From assembly GCF_009914755.1 (NCBI RefSeq), contig NC_060933.1: a DNA stretch of 64,000 bases, one strand, 5' to 3'. A program made the translations under genes and the position numbers. Each line of letters opens with the position of its first letter. Position 1 is the first letter of the stretch. Source of the DNA: the human T2T-CHM13v2.0 reference genome, Homo sapiens. Positions 37,801 through 53,105 of the stretch are shown here, in pieces. The notes beneath the pieces are model-generated. The model was not told the DNA's origin. It did no database searches and saw only the letters and a program-made list of their open reading frames with translations.

Positions 37801-40800
37801 AACTTCTCTGTGATGTTTGCATTCAACTCATAGAGTTGAACACTTCCCTTCATACAGCAGGTTTGAAACACTCTTTTTCTAATATTTGGAAGTGGACATT
37901 TGCAGCGCTTTGAGGCCTATGTTGAAAAAGGAAATATCTTCTCCTAAAAACCAGACAGAAGCATTCTCAGAAACTTCCTTGTGATGTGTGTACTCAAGTA
38001 ACAGAGTGGAACCTTCATTTTGACAGAGCAGTTTTGAAGCACTCTTTTTGTAGAATCTGCAAGTGGATATTTTGATACCTTTGAGGATTTCGTTGGACAC
38101 GGGATATCTTCATATAAAATCTAGACAGAAGCATTCTCAGAAACTTCTTTGTGCTGTATGTCCTCAATTAACAGAGTTGAACCTTTGTGTGGATACAGCA
38201 TTTTGGAAACATTCCTTTAGTAGAATCTGCAAGTTGATATTTAGATAGCTAGGAAGATTTCCTTGGAAACGGGAATATCTTCATATAAAATCTAGACGGA
38301 AGCATTCTCAGAAAGTGCTTTGTGATGTTTGCATTCAAGTCACAGAGTTGAATATTCCCTTTTATAGAGCAGGTTTGAAACACTCTTTCTGCACTACCTG
38401 GAAGTGGACATTTGGAGCACTTTGAGGCCTATGTTGAAAAAGGAAATATCTTCCCCTAAAAACTAGACAGAAGCATTCTCAGAAACTTGTTTGTGATGTG
38501 TGTATTCAACTAACAGAGATGAACCTTTCTTTTTACAGAGCAGTTTTGAAACACTCTTTTTGTGGAATCTGAAAGTGGATATTTGGATAGCTTTGAGGAT
38601 TTCGTTGGAAACGGGATTACATATAAAACCTAGAGAGAAGCATTCTCAGGAACTTCTTTGTGATGTTTGCCTTCAAGTCACAGGACTGAACATTCCCTTT
38701 CATAGAGCAGGTTTGAAACACTCTTTCTGTAGTATCTGCAAGCTGACGTTTCAAGCGCTTTCAGGCCTATGGTGAGAAAGGAAATATCTTCAAGTAAAAA
38801 CTAGACAGAAGCATTCTCAGAAACTTATTTGCCATGTGTGTTCTCAACTAACAGAGTTGAACCTTTGTTTTGATACGGCATTTTGGAAACACTCTTTTTG
38901 TAGAATCTGCAGGTGGATATTCGGATAGCTTTGAAGGTTTCGTTGGAAACGGGAATATCTTCATATAAAATCTAGACGGAAGCATTCTCAGAAACTGCTT
39001 TGTGATGTTTTCATTCAAGTCACAGAGTAGAATGTTCCCTGTTATATACCAGGTTTGAGACACTCTTTCTGCACTACCTGGAAGTGGACGTTTGGAGCGC
39101 TTTGAGGCCTATGATGAAAAAGGAAATATCTTCCCATAAAAACTAGACAGAAGCATTCTCAGAAACTTGTTTGTGATGTGTGTATTCAACTAACAGAGAT
39201 GAACCTTTCTTTTTACAGAGCAGTTTTGAAACACTCTTTTTGTGGAATCTGAAAGTGGATATTTGGATAGCTTTGAGGATTTCGTTGGAAACGGGATTAC
39301 ATATAAAATCTAGGGAGAAGCATTCTCAGGAACTTCTTTGTGATGTTTGCATTCAAGTCACAGAACTGAACATTCCCTTTCATAGAGCAGGTTTGAAACA
39401 CTCTTTCTGTAGTATCTGCAAGTGGACGTTTCAAGCGCTTTCAGGCCTGTGGTGAAAAAGGAAATATCTTCAAATAAAAACTAGACAGAAGCATTCTCAG
39501 AAACTTATTTGCGATGTGTGTTCTCAGCTAACAGAGTTGAACCTTTGTTTTGATACAGCATTTTGGAAACACTCTTTTTGTAGGATCTGCAGGTGGATAT
39601 TTGGATAGCTTTGAAGGTTTCTTTGGAAACGGGAATATCTTCATATAAAATCAAGACAGAAGCATTCTCAGAAACTTCTCTGTGATGTTTGCATTCAACT
39701 CATAGAGTTGAACACTTCCTTTCATAGAGCTGGTTTGAAATACTCTTTTTGTAATATTTGGAAGTGGACATTGGCAGCGCTTTGAAGCCTATGGTGAAAA
39801 AGGAGATATCTTCTCCTAAAAACCAGACAGAAGCATTCTCAGAATCTTTCTTGTGATGTGTGTACTCAAGTAACAGAGGTGAACCTTCATTTTGACAGAG
39901 CAGTTTTGAAGCACTCTTTTTGTAGAATCTGCAAGTGGATATTTTGATACCTTTGAGGATTTCGTTAGACACGGGATATCTTCATATAAAATCTAGACAG
40001 AAGCATTCTCAGAAACTTCTTTGTGCTGTATGTCCTCAATTAACAGAGTTGAACCTTTGTGTGGATACAGCATTTTGGAAACATTCCTTTAGTAGAATCT
40101 GCAAGTTGATATTTAGATAGCTAGGAAGATTTCCTTGGAAACGGGAATATCTTCATATAAAATCTAGACGGAAGCATTCTCAGAAAGTGCTTTGTGATGT
40201 TTGCATTCAAGTCACAGAGTTGAATATTCCCTTTTATAGAGCAGGTTTGAAACACTCTTTCTGCACTACCTGGAAGTGGACATTAGCAGCGCTTTGAGGC
40301 CTATGATGAAAAAGGTAATATCTTCCCATAAAAACTAGACAGAAGCATTCTCAGAAACTTGTTTGTGATGTGTGTATTCAACTAACAGAGATGAACCTTT
40401 CTTTTTACAGAGCAGTTTTGAAACACTCTTTTTGTGGAATCTGAAAGTGGATATTTGGATAGCTTTGCGGATTTCGTTGGAAACGGGATTACATATAAAA
40501 TCAAGGGAGAAGCATTCTCAGGAACTTCTTTGTGATGTTTGCATTCAAGTCACAGAACTGAACATTCCCTTTCATAGAGCAGGTTTGAAACACTCTTTCT
40601 GTAGTATCTGCAAGCGGACGTTTGAAGCGCTTTCAGGCCTGTGGTGAAAAAGGAAATATCTTGAAATAAAAACTAGACAGAAGCATTCTCAGAAACTTAT
40701 TAGCGATGTGTGTTCTCAACTAAAAGAGTTGAACCTTTGTTTGGATACAGCATTTTGGAAACACTCTTTTTGTAGAATCTGCAAGTGGATATTTGGATAG

Positions 40801-41025
40801 CTTTGAAGGTTTCGTTGGAAACGGGAATATCTTCATATAAAATCAAGACAGAAGCATTCTCAGAAACTTCTCTGTGATGTTTGCATTCAACTCATAGAGT
40901 TGAACACTTCCCTTCATACAGCAGGTTTGAAACACTCTTTTTCTAATATTTGGAAGTGGACATTTGCAGCGCTTTGAGGCCTATGTTGAAAAAGGAAATA
41001 TCTTCTCCTAAAAACCAGACAGAAG
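34900..41025 (+). repeat. Tandem 18-mer super-HOR (11-mer + 7-mer) x2, about 3063 bp period
   Basis: Units of 1871, 1191, 1872, 1192 bp. Shared private variants TTCCCCTAAAA (about 35390, 38453), CATTAGCAGC (about 37218, 40281), GAGTGGAACC (about 38004, 41068). Confidence 0.88.
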
Positions 41026-44000
41026 CATTCTCAGAAACTTCCTTGTGATGTGTGTACTCAAGTAACAGAGTGGAACCTTCATTTTGACAGAGCAGTTTTG
41101 AAGCACTCTTTTTGTAGAATCTGCAAGTGGATATTTTGATACCTTTGAGGATTTCGTTGGACACGGGATATCTTCATATAAAATCTAGACAGAAGCATTC
41201 TCAGAAACTTCTTTGTGCTGTATGTCCTCAATTAACAGAGTTGAACCTTTGTGTGGATACAGCATTTTGGAAACATTCCTTTAGTAGAATCTGCAAGTTG
41301 ATATTTAGATAGCTAGGAAGATTTCCTTGGAAACGGTATTATCTTCATATAAAATCTAGACGGAAGCATTCTCAGAAAGTGCTTTGTGATATTTGCATTC
41401 AAGTCACAGAGTTGAGTATTCCCTTTTATAGAGCAGGTTTGAAACACTCTTTCTGCACTACCTGGAAGTGGACATTTGGAGCGCTTTGAGGCCTATGTTG
41501 AAAAAGGAAATATCTTCCCATAAAAACTAGACAGAAGCATTCTCAGAAACTTGTTTGTGATGTGTGTATTCAACTAACAGAGATGAACCTTTCTTTTTAC
41601 AGAGCAGTTTTGAAACACTCTTTTTGTGGAATCTGAAAGTGGATATTTGGATAGCTTTGAGGATTTCGTTGGAAACGGGATTACATATAAAACCTAGAGA
41701 GAAGCATTCTCAGGAACTTCTTTGTGATGTTTGCATTCAAGTCACAGAACTGAACATTCCCTTTCATAGAGCAGGTTTGAAACACTCTTTCTGTAGTATC
41801 TGCAAGCTGACGTTTCAAGCGCTTTCAGGCCTATGGTGAGAAAGGAAATATCTTCAAGTAAAAACTAGACAGAAGCATTCTCAGAAACTTATTTGCGATG
41901 TGTGTTCTCAACTAACAGAGTTGAACCTTTGTTTTGATACGGCATTTTGGAAACACTCTTTTTGTAGAATCTGCAGCTGGATATTCGGATAGCTTTGAAG
42001 GTTTCGTTGGAAACGGGAATATCTTCATATAAAATCTAGACGGAAGCATTCTCAGAAACTGCTTTGTGATGTTTTCATTCAAGTCACAGAGTAGAATGTT
42101 CCCTGTTATATACCAGGTTTGAGACACTATTTCTGCACTACCTGGAAGTGGACATTTGGAGCGCTTTGAGGCCTAAGATGAAAAAGGAAATATCTTCCCA
42201 TAAAAACTAGACAGAAGCATTCTCAGAAACTTGTTTGTGATGTGTGTATTCAACTAACAGAGATGAACCTTTCTTTTTACAGAGCAGTTTTGAAACACTC
42301 TTTTTGTGGAATCTGAAAGTGGATATTTGGATAGCTTTGAGGATTTCGTTGGAAACGGGATTACATATAAAATCTAGAGAGAAGCATTCTCAGGAACTTC
42401 TTTGTGATGTTTGCATTCACGTCACAGAACTGAACATTCTCTTTCATAGAGCAGGTTTGAAACACTCTTTCTGTAGTATCTGCAAACGGACATTTCAAAC
42501 GCTTTCAGGCCTATGGTGAGAAAGGAAATATCTTCAAATAAAAACTAGACAGAAGCATTCTCAGAAACTTATTTGCGATGTGTGTCCTCAACTAACAGAG
42601 TTGAACCTTTCTTTTGATACAACATTTTGGAAACACTCTTTTTGTAGAATCTGCAAGTGGATATTTGGATAGCTTTGAAGGTTTCGTTGGAAACGGGAAT
42701 ATCTTCATATAAAATCAAGACAGAAGCATTCTCAGAAACTTCTCTGTGATGTTTGCATTCAACTCATAGAGTTGAACACTTCCCTTCATACAGCAGGTTT
42801 GAAACACTCTTTTTCTAATATTTGGAAGTGGACATTTGCAGCGCTTTGAGGCCTATGTTGAAAAAGGAAATATCTTCTCCTAAAAACCAGACAGAAGCAT
42901 TCTCAGAAACTTCCTTGTGATGTGTGTACTCAAGTAACAGAGTTGAACCTTCCTTTTGACAGAGCAGTTTTGAAGCACTCTTTTTGTAGAATCTGCAAGT
43001 GGATATTTTGATACCTCTGAGGATTTCGTTGGAAACGGGATTACATATAAAACCTAGAGAGAAGCATTCTCAGGAACTTCTTTGTGATGTTGGCCTTCAA
43101 GTCACAGGACTGAACATTCCCTTTCATAGAGCAGGTTTGAAACACTCTTTCTGTAGTATCTGCAAGCTGACGTTTCAAGCGCTTTCAGGCCTATGGTGAG
43201 AAAGGAAATATCTTCAAGTAAAAACTAGACAGAAGCATTCTCAGAAACTTATTTGCCATGTGTGTTCTCAACTAACAGAGTTGAACCTTTGTTTTGATAC
43301 GGCATTTTGGAAACACTCTTTTTGTAGAATCTGCAGGTGGATATTCGGATAGCTTTGAAGGTTTCGTTGGAAACGGGAATATCTTCATATAAAATCTAGA
43401 CGGAAGCATTCTCAGAAACTGCTTTGTGATGTTTTCATTCAAGTCACAGAGTAGAATGTTCCCTGTTATATACCAGGTTTGAGACACTCTTTCTGCACTA
43501 CCTGGAAGTGGACGTTTGGAGCGCTTTGAGGCCTATGTTGAAAAAGGAAATATCTTCCCATAAAAACTAGACAGAAGCATTCTCAGAAACTTGTTTGTGA
43601 TGTGTGTATTCAACTAACAGAGATGAACCTTTCTTTTTACAGAGCAGTTTTGAAACACTCTTTTTGTGGAATCTGAAAGTGGATATTTGGATAGCTTTGA
43701 GGATTTCGTTGGAAACGGGATTACATATAAAATCTAGGGAGAAGCATTCTCAGGAACTTCTTTGTGATGTTTGCATTCAAGTCACAGAACTGAACATTCC
43801 CTTTCATAGAGCAGGTTTGAAACACTCTTTCTGTAGTATCTGCAAGTGGACGTTTCAAGCGCTTTCAGGCCTGTGGTGAAAAAGGAAATATCTTCAAATA
43901 AAAACTAGACAGAAGCATTCTCAGAAACTTATTTGCGATGTGTGTTCTCAGCTAACAGAGTTGAACCTTTGTTTTGATACAGCATTTTGGAAACACTCTT

Positions 44001-47000
44001 TTTGTAGGATCTGCAGGTGGATATTTGGATAGCTTTGAAGGTTTCTTTGGAAACGGGAATATCTTCATATAAAATCAAGACAGAAGCATTCTCAGAAACT
44101 TCTCTGTGATGTTTGCATTCAACTCATAGAGTTGAACACTTCCTTTCATAGAGCTGGTTTGAAATACTCTTTTTGTAATATTTGGAAGTGGACATTGGCA
44201 GCGCTTTGAAGCCTATGGTGAAAAAGGAGATATCTTCTCCTAAAAACCAGACAGAAGCATTCTCAGAATCTTTCTTGTGATGTGTGTACTCAAGTAACAG
44301 AGGTGAACCTTCATTTTGACAGAGCAGTTTTGAAGCACTCTTTTTGTAGAATCTGCAAGTGGATATTTTGATACCTTTGAGGATTTCGTTAGACACGGGA
44401 TATCTTCATATAAAATCTAGACAGAAGCATTCTCAGAAACTTCTTTGTGCTGTATGTCCTCAATTAACAGAGTTGAACCTTTGTGTGGATACAGCATTTT
44501 GGAAACATTCCTTTAGTAGAATCTGCAAGTTGATATTTAGATAGCTAGGAAGATTTCCTTGGAAACGGGAATATCTTCATATAAAATCTAGACGGAAGCA
44601 TTCTCAGAAAGTGCTTTGTGATGTTTGCATTCAAGTCACAGAGTTGAATATTCCCTTTTATAGAGCAGGTTTGAAACACTCTTTCTGCACTACCTGGAAG
44701 TGGACATTAGCAGCGCTTTGAGGCCTATGATGAAAAAGGTAATATCTTCCCATAAAAACTAGACAGAAGCATTCTCAGAAACTTGTTTGTGATGTGTGTA
44801 TTCAACTAACAGAGATGAACCTTTCTTTTTACAGAGCAGTTTTGAAACACTCTTTTTGTGGAATCTGAAAGTGGATATTTGGATAGCTTTGCGGATTTCG
44901 TTGGAAACGGGATTACATATAAAATCTAGGGAGAAGCATTCTCAGGAACTTCTTTGTGATGTTTGCATTCAAGTCACAGAACTGAACATTCCCTTTCATA
45001 GAGCAGGTTTGAAACACTCTTTCTGTAGTATCTGCAAGCGGACGTTTGAAGCGCTTTCAGGCCTGTGGTGAAAAAGGAAATATCTTGAAATAAAAACTAG
45101 ACAGAAGCATTCTCAGAAACTTATTAGCGATGTGTGTTCTCAACTAAAAGAGTTGAACCTTTGTTTGGATACAGCATTTTGGAAACACTCTTTTTGTAGA
45201 ATCTGCAAGTGGATATTTGGATAGCTTTGAAGGTTTCGTTGGAAACGGGAATATCTTCATATAAAATCAAGACAGAAGCATTCTCAGAAACTTCTCTGTG
45301 ATGTTTGCATTCAACTCATAGAGTTGAACACTTCCCTTCATACAGCAGGTTTGAAACACTCTTTTTCTAATATTTGGAAGTGGACATTTGCAGCGCTTTG
45401 AGGCCTATGTTGAAAAAGGAAATATCTTCTCCTAAAAACCAGACAGAAGCATTCTCAGAAACTTCCTTGTGATGTGTGTACTCAAGTAACAGAGTTGAAC
45501 CTTCATTTTGACAGAGCAGTTTTGAAGCACTCTTTTTGTAGAATCTGCAAGTGGATATTTTGATACCTTTGAGGATTTCGTTGGACACGGGATATCTTCA
45601 TATAAAATCTAGACAGAAGCATTCTCAGAAACTTCTTTGTGCTGTATGTCCTCAATTAACAGAGTTGAACCTTTGTGTGGATACAGCATTTTGGAAACAT
45701 TCCTTTAGTAGAATCTGCAAGTTGATATTTAGATAGCTAGGAAGATTTCCTTGGAAACGGTATTATCTTCATATAAAATCTAGACGGAAGCATTCTCAGA
45801 AAGTGCTTTGTGATGTTTGCATTCAAGTCACAGAGTTGAGTATTCCCTTTTATAGAGCAGGTTTGAAACACTCTTTCTGCACTACCTGGAAGTGGACATT
45901 TGGAGCGCTTTGAGGCCTATGTTGAAAAAGGAAATATCTTCCCATAAAAACTAGACAGAAGCATTCTCAGAAACTTGTTTGTGATGTGTGTATTCAACTA
46001 ACAGAGATGAACCTTTCTTTTTACAGAGCAGTTTTGAAACACTCTTTTTGTGGAATCTGAAAGTGGATATTTGGATAGCTTTGAGGATTTCGTTGGAAAC
46101 GGGATTACATATAAAACCTAGAGAGAAGCATTCTCAGGAACTTCTTTGTGATGTTTGCATTCAAGTCACAGAACTGAACATTCCCTTTCATAGAGCAGGT
46201 TTGAAACACTCTTTCTGTAGTATCTGCAAGCTGACGTTTCAAGCGCTTTCAGGCCTATGGTGAGAAAGGAAATATCTTCAAGTAAAAACTAGACAGAAGC
46301 ATTCTCAGAAACTTATTTGCGATGTGTGTTCTCAACTAACAGAGTTGAACCTTTGTTTTGATACGGCATTTTGGAAACACTCTTTTTGTAGAATCTGCAG
46401 GTGGATATTCGGATAGCTTTGAAGGTTTCGTTGGAAACGGGAATATCTTCATATAAAATCTAGACGGAAGCATTCTCAGAAACTGCTTTGTGATGTTTTC
46501 ATTCAAGTCACAGAGTAGAATGTTCCCTGTTATATACCAGGTTTGAGACACTATTTCTGCACTACCTGGAAGTGGACATTTGGAGCGCTTTGAGGCCTAA
46601 GATGAAAAAGGAAATATCTTCCCATAAAAACTAGACAGAAGCATTCTCAGAAACTTGTTTGTGATGTGTGTATTCAACTAACAGAGATGAACCTTTCTTT
46701 TTACAGAGCAGTTTTGAAACACTCTTTTTGTGGAATCTGAAAGTGGATATTTGGATAGCTTTGAGGATTTCGTTGGAAACGGGATTACATATAAAATCTA
46801 GAGAGAAGCATTCTCAGGAACTTCTTTGTGATGTTTGCATTCACGTCACAGAACTGAACATTCTCTTTCATAGAGCATGTTTGAAACACTCTTTCTGTAG
46901 TATCTGCAAACGGACATTTCAAACGCTTTCAGGCCTATGGTGAGAAAGGAAATATCTTCAAATAAAAACTAGACAGAAGCATTCTCAGAAACTTATTTGC

Positions 47001-50000
47001 GATGTGTGTCCTCAACTAACAGAGTTGAACCTTTCTTTTGATACAACATTTTGGAAACACTCTTTTTGTAGAATCTGCAAGTGGATATTTGGATAGCTTT
47101 GAAGGTTTCGTTGGAAACGGGAATATCTTCATATAAAATCAAGACAGAAGCATTCTCAGAAACTTCTCTGTGATGTTTGCATTCAACTCATAGAGTTGAA
47201 CACTTCCCTTCATACAGCAGGTTTGAAACACTCTTTTTCTAATATTTGGAAGTGGACATTTGCAGCGCTTTGAGGCCTATGTTGAAAAAGGAAATATCTT
47301 CTCCTAAAAACCAGACAGAAGCATTCTCAGAAACTTCCTTGTGATGTGTGTACTCAAGTAACAGAGTTGAACCTTCCTTTTGACAGAGCAGTTTTGAAGC
47401 ACTCTTTTTGTAGAATCTGCAAGTGGATATTTTGATACCTCTGAGGATTTCGTTGGAAACGGGATTACATATAAAACCTAGAGAGAAGCATTCTCAGGAA
47501 CTTCTTTGTGATGTTGGCCTTCAAGTCACAGGACTGAACATTCCCTTTCATAGAGCAGGTTTGAAACACTCTTTCTGTAGTATCTGCAAGCTGACGTTTC
47601 AAGCGCTTTCAGGCCTATGGTGAGAAAGGAAATATCTTCAAGTAAAAACTAGACAGAAGCATTCTCAGAAACTTATTTGCCATGTGTGTTCTCAACTAAC
47701 AGAGTTGAACCTTTGTTTTGATACGGCATTTTGGAAACACTCTTTTTGTAGAATCTGCAGGTGGATATTCGGATAGCTTTGAAGGTTTCGTTGGAAACGG
47801 GAATATCTTCATATAAAATCTAGACGGAAGCATTCTCAGAAACTGCTTTGTGATGTTTTCATTCAAGTCACAGAGTAGAATGTTCCCTGTTATATACCAG
47901 GTTTGAGACACTCTTTCTGCACTACCTGGAAGTGGACGTTTGGAGCGCTTTGAGGCCTATGTTGAAAAAGGAAATATCTTCCCATAAAAACTAGACAGAA
48001 GCATTCTCAGAAACTTGTTTGTGATGTGTGTATTCAACTAACAGAGATGAACCTTTCTTTTTACAGAGCAGTTTTGAAACACTCTTTTTGTGGAATCTGA
48101 AAGTGGATATTTGGATAGCTTTGAGGATTTCGTTGGAAACGGGATTACATATAAAATCTAGGGAGAAGCATTCTCAGGAACTTCTTTGTGATGTTTGCAT
48201 TCAAGTCACAGAACTGAACATTCCCTTTCATAGAGCAGGTTTGAAACACTCTTTCTGTAGTATCTGCAAGTGGACGTTTCAAGCGCTTTCAGGCCTGTGG
48301 TGAAAAAGGAAATATCTTCAAATAAAAACTAGACAGAAGCATTCTCAGAAACTTATTTGCGATGTGTGTTCTCAGCTAACAGAGTTGAACCTTTGTTTTG
48401 ATACAGCATTTTGGAAACACTCTTTTTGTAGGATCTGCAGGTGGATATTTGGATAGCTTTGAAGGTTTCTTTGGAAACGGGAATATCTTCATATAAAATC
48501 AAGACAGAAGCATTCTCAGAAACTTCTCTGTGATGTTTGCATTCAACTCATAGAGTTGAACACTTCCTTTCATAGAGCTGGTTTGAAATACTCTTTTTGT
48601 AATATTTGGAAGTGGACATTGGCAGCGCTTTGAAGCCTATGGTGAAAAAGGAGATATCTTCTCCTAAAAACCAGACAGAAGCATTCTCAGAATCTTTCTT
48701 GTGATGTGTGTACTCAAGTAACAGAGGTGAACCTTCATTTTGACAGAGCAGTTTTGAAGCACTCTTTTTGTAGAATCTGCAAGTGGATATTTTGATACCT
48801 TTGAGGATTTCGTTAGACACGGGATATCTTCATATAAAATCTAGACAGAAGCATTCTCAGAAACTTCTTTGTGCTGTATGTCCTCAATTAACAGAGTTGA
48901 ACCTTTGTGTGGATACAGCATTTTGGAAACATTCCTTTAGTAGAATCTGCAAGTTGATATTTAGATAGCTAGGAAGATTTCCTTGGAAACGGGAATATCT
49001 TCATATAAAATCTAGACGGAAGCATTCTCAGAAAGTGCTTTGTGATGTTTGCATTCAAGTCACAGAGTTGAATATTCCCTTTTATAGAGCAGGTTTGAAA
49101 CACTCTTTCTGCACTACCTGGAAGTGGACATTAGCAGCGCTTTGAGGCCTATGATGAAAAAGGTAATATCTTCCCATAAAAACTAGACAGAAGCATTCTC
49201 AGAAACTTGTTTGTGATGTGTGTATTCAACTAACAGAGATGAACCTTTCTTTTTACAGAGCAGTTTTGAAACACTCTTTTTGTGGAATCTGAAAGTGGAT
49301 ATTTGGATAGCTTTGCGGATTTCGTTGGAAACGGGATTACATATAAAATCTAGGGAGAAGCATTCTCAGGAACTTCTTTGTGATGTTTGCATTCAAGTCA
49401 CAGAACTGAACATTCCCTTTCATAGAGCAGGTTTGAAACACTCTTTCTGTAGTATCTGCAAGCGGACGTTTGAAGCGCTTTCAGGCCTGTGGTGAAAAAG
49501 GAAATATCTTGAAATAAAAACTAGACAGAAGCATTCTCAGAAACTTATTAGCGATGTGTGTTCTCAACTAAAAGAGTTGAACCTTTGTTTGGATACAGCA
49601 TTTTGGAAACACTCTTTTTGTAGAATCTGCAAGTGGATATTTGGATAGCTTTGAAGGTTTCGTTGGAAACGGGAATATCTTCATATAAAATCAAGACAGA
49701 AGCATTCTCAGAAACTTCTCTGTGATGTTTGCATTCAACTCATAGAGTTGAACACTTCCCTTCATACAGCAGGTTTGAAACACTCTTTTTCTAATATTTG
49801 GAAGTGGACATTTGCAGCGCTTTGAGGCCTATGTTGAAAAAGGAAATATCTTCTCCTAAAAACCAGACAGAAGCATTCTCAGAAACTTCCTTGTGATGTG
49901 TGTACTCAAGTAACAGAGTTGAACCTTCATTTTGACAGAGCAGTTTTGAAGCACTCTTTTTGTAGAATCTGCAAGTGGATATTTTGATACCTTTGAGGAT

Positions 50001-53000
50001 TTCGTTGGACACGGGATATCTTCATATAAAATCTAGACAGAAGCATTCTCAGAAACTTCTTTGTGCTGTATGTCCTCAATTAACAGAGTTGAACCTTTGT
50101 GTGGATACAGCATTTTGGAAACATTCCTTTAGTAGAATCTGCAAGTTGATATTTAGATAGCTAGGAAGATTTCCTTGGAAACGGTATTATCTTCATATAA
50201 AATCTAGACGGAAGCATTCTCAGAAAGTGCTTTGTGATGTTTGCATTCAAGTCACAGAGTTGAGTATTCCCTTTTATAGAGCAGGTTTGAAACACTCTTT
50301 CTGCACTACCTGGAAGTGGACATTTGGAGCGCTTTGAGGCCTATGTTGAAAAAGGAAATATCTTCCCATAAAAACTAGACAGAAGCATTCTCAGAAACTT
50401 GTTTGTGATGTGTGTATTCAACTAACAGAGATGAACCTTTCTTTTTACAGAGCAGTTTTGAAACACTCTTTTTGTGGAATCTGAAAGTGGATATTTGGAT
50501 AGCTTTGAGGATTTCGTTGGAAACGGGATTACATATAAAACCTAGAGAGAAGCATTCTCAGGAACTTCTTTGTGATGTTTGCATTCAAGTCACAGAACTG
50601 AACATTCCCTTTCATAGAGCAGGTTTGAAACACTCTTTCTGTAGTATCTGCAAGCTGACGTTTCAAGCGCTTTCAGGCCTATGGTGAGAAAGGAAATATC
50701 TTCAAGTAAAAACTAGACAGAAGCATTCTCAGAAACTTATTTGCGATGTGTGTTCTCAACTAACAGAGTTGAACCTTTGTTTTGATACGGCATTTTGGAA
50801 ACACTCTTTTTGTAGAATCTGCAGGTGGATATTCGGATAGCTTTGAAGGTTTCGTTGGAAACGGGAATATCTTCATATAAAATCTAGACGGAAGCATTCT
50901 CAGAAACTGCTTTGTGATGTTTTCATTCAAGTCACAGAGTAGAATGTTCCCTGTTATATACCAGGTTTGAGACACTATTTCTGCACTACCTGGAAGTGGA
51001 CATTTGGAGCGCTTTGAGGCCTAAGATGAAAAAGGAAATATCTTCCCATAAAAACTAGACAGAAGCATTCTCAGAAACTTGTTTGTGATGTGTGTATTCA
51101 ACTAACAGAGATGAACCTTTCTTTTTACAGAGCAGTTTTGAAACACTCTTTTTGTGGAATCTGAAAGTGGATATTTGGATAGCTTTGAGGATTTCGTTGG
51201 AAACGGGATTACATATAAAATCTAGAGAGAAGCATTCTCAGGAACTTCTTTGTGATGTTTGCATTCACGTCACAGAACTGAACATTCTCTTTCATAGAGC
51301 ATGTTTGAAACACTCTTTCTGTAGTATCTGCAAACGGACATTTCAAACGCTTTCAGGCCTATGGTGAGAAAGGAAATATCTTCAAATAAAAACTAGACAG
51401 AAGCATTCTCAGAAACTTATTTGCGATGTGTGTCCTCAACTAACAGAGTTGAACCTTTCTTTTGATACAACATTTTGGAAACACTCTTTTTGTAGAATCT
51501 GCAAGTGGATATTTGGATAGCTTTGAAGGTTTCGTTGGAAACGGGAATATCTTCATATAAAATCAAGACAGAAGCATTCTCAGAAACTTCTCTGTGATGT
51601 TTGCATTCAACTCATAGAGTTGAACACTTCCCTTCATACAGCAGGTTTGAAACACTCTTTTTCTAATATTTGGAAGTGGACATTTGCAGCGCTTTGAGGC
51701 CTATGTTGAAAAAGGAAATATCTTCTCCTAAAAACCAGACAGAAGCATTCTCAGAAACTTCCTTGTGATGTGTGTACTCAAGTAACAGAGTTGAACCTTC
51801 CTTTTGACAGAGCAGTTTTGAAGCACTCTTTTTGTAGAATCTGCAAGTGGATATTTTGATACCTCTGAGGATTTCGTTGGAAACGGGATTACATATAAAA
51901 CCTAGAGAGAAGCATTCTCAGGAACTTCTTTGTGATGTTGGCCTTCAAGTCACAGGACTGAACATTCCCTTTCATAGAGCAGGTTTGAAACACTCTTTCT
52001 GTAGTATCTGCAAGCTGACGTTTCAAGCGCTTTCAGGCCTATGGTGAGAAAGGAAATATCTTCAAGTAAAAACTAGACAGAAGCATTCTCAGAAACTTAT
52101 TTGCCATGTGTGTTCTCAACTAACAGAGTTGAACCTTTGTTTTGATACGGCATTTTGGAAACACTCTTTTTGTAGAATCTGCAGGTGGATATTCGGATAG
52201 CTTTGAAGGTTTCGTTGGAAACGGGAATATCTTCATATAAAATCTAGACGGAAGCATTCTCAGAAACTGCTTTGTGATGTTTTCATTCAAGTCACAGAGT
52301 AGAATGTTCCCTGTTATATACCAGGTTTGAGACACTCTTTCTGCACTACCTGGAAGTGGACGTTTGGAGCGCTTTGAGGCCTATGTTGAAAAAGGAAATA
52401 TCTTCCCATAAAAACTAGACAGAAGCATTCTCAGAAACTTGTTTGTGATGTGTGTATTCAACTAACAGAGATGAACCTTTCTTTTTACAGAGCAGTTTTG
52501 AAACACTCTTTTTGTGGAATCTGAAAGAGGATATTTGGATAGCTTTGAGGATTTCATTGGAAACGGGATTACATATAAAATCTAGGGAGAAGCATTCTCA
52601 GGAACTTCTTTGTGATGTTTGCATTCAAGTCACAGAACTGAACATTCCCTTTCATAGAGCAGGTTTGAAACACTCTTTCTGTAGTATCTGCAAGCGGACG
52701 TTTCAAGCGCTTTCAGGCCTGTGGTGAAAAAGGAAATATCTTCAAATAAAAACTAGACAGAAGCATTCTCAGAAACTTATTTGCGATGTGTGTTCTCAGC
52801 TAACAGAGTTGAACATTTGTTTTGATACAGCATTTTGGAAACACTCTTTTTGTAGGATCTGCAGGTGGATATTTGGATAGCTTTGAAGGTTTCTTTGGAA
52901 ACGGGAATATCTTCATATAAAATCAAGACAGAAGCATTCTCAGAAACTTCTCTGTGATGTTTGCATTCAACTCATAGAGTTGAACACTTCCTTTCATAGA

Positions 53001-53105
53001 GCTGGTTTGAAATACTCTTTTTATAATATTTGGAAGTGGACATTGGCAGCGCTTTGAAGCCTATGGTGAAAAAGGAGATATCTTCTCCTAAAAACCAGAC
53101 AGAAG
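39834..53105 (+). repeat. Tandem 26-mer super-HOR (7+11+8) x3, 4424 bp period
   Basis: X markers 39935/44359/48783/53207. Private variants ACGGTATTATC, TTGAGTATTCC, CACTATTTCT, CCTAAGATG, ACATTCTCTTTC repeat at +4424. Confidence 0.93.
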
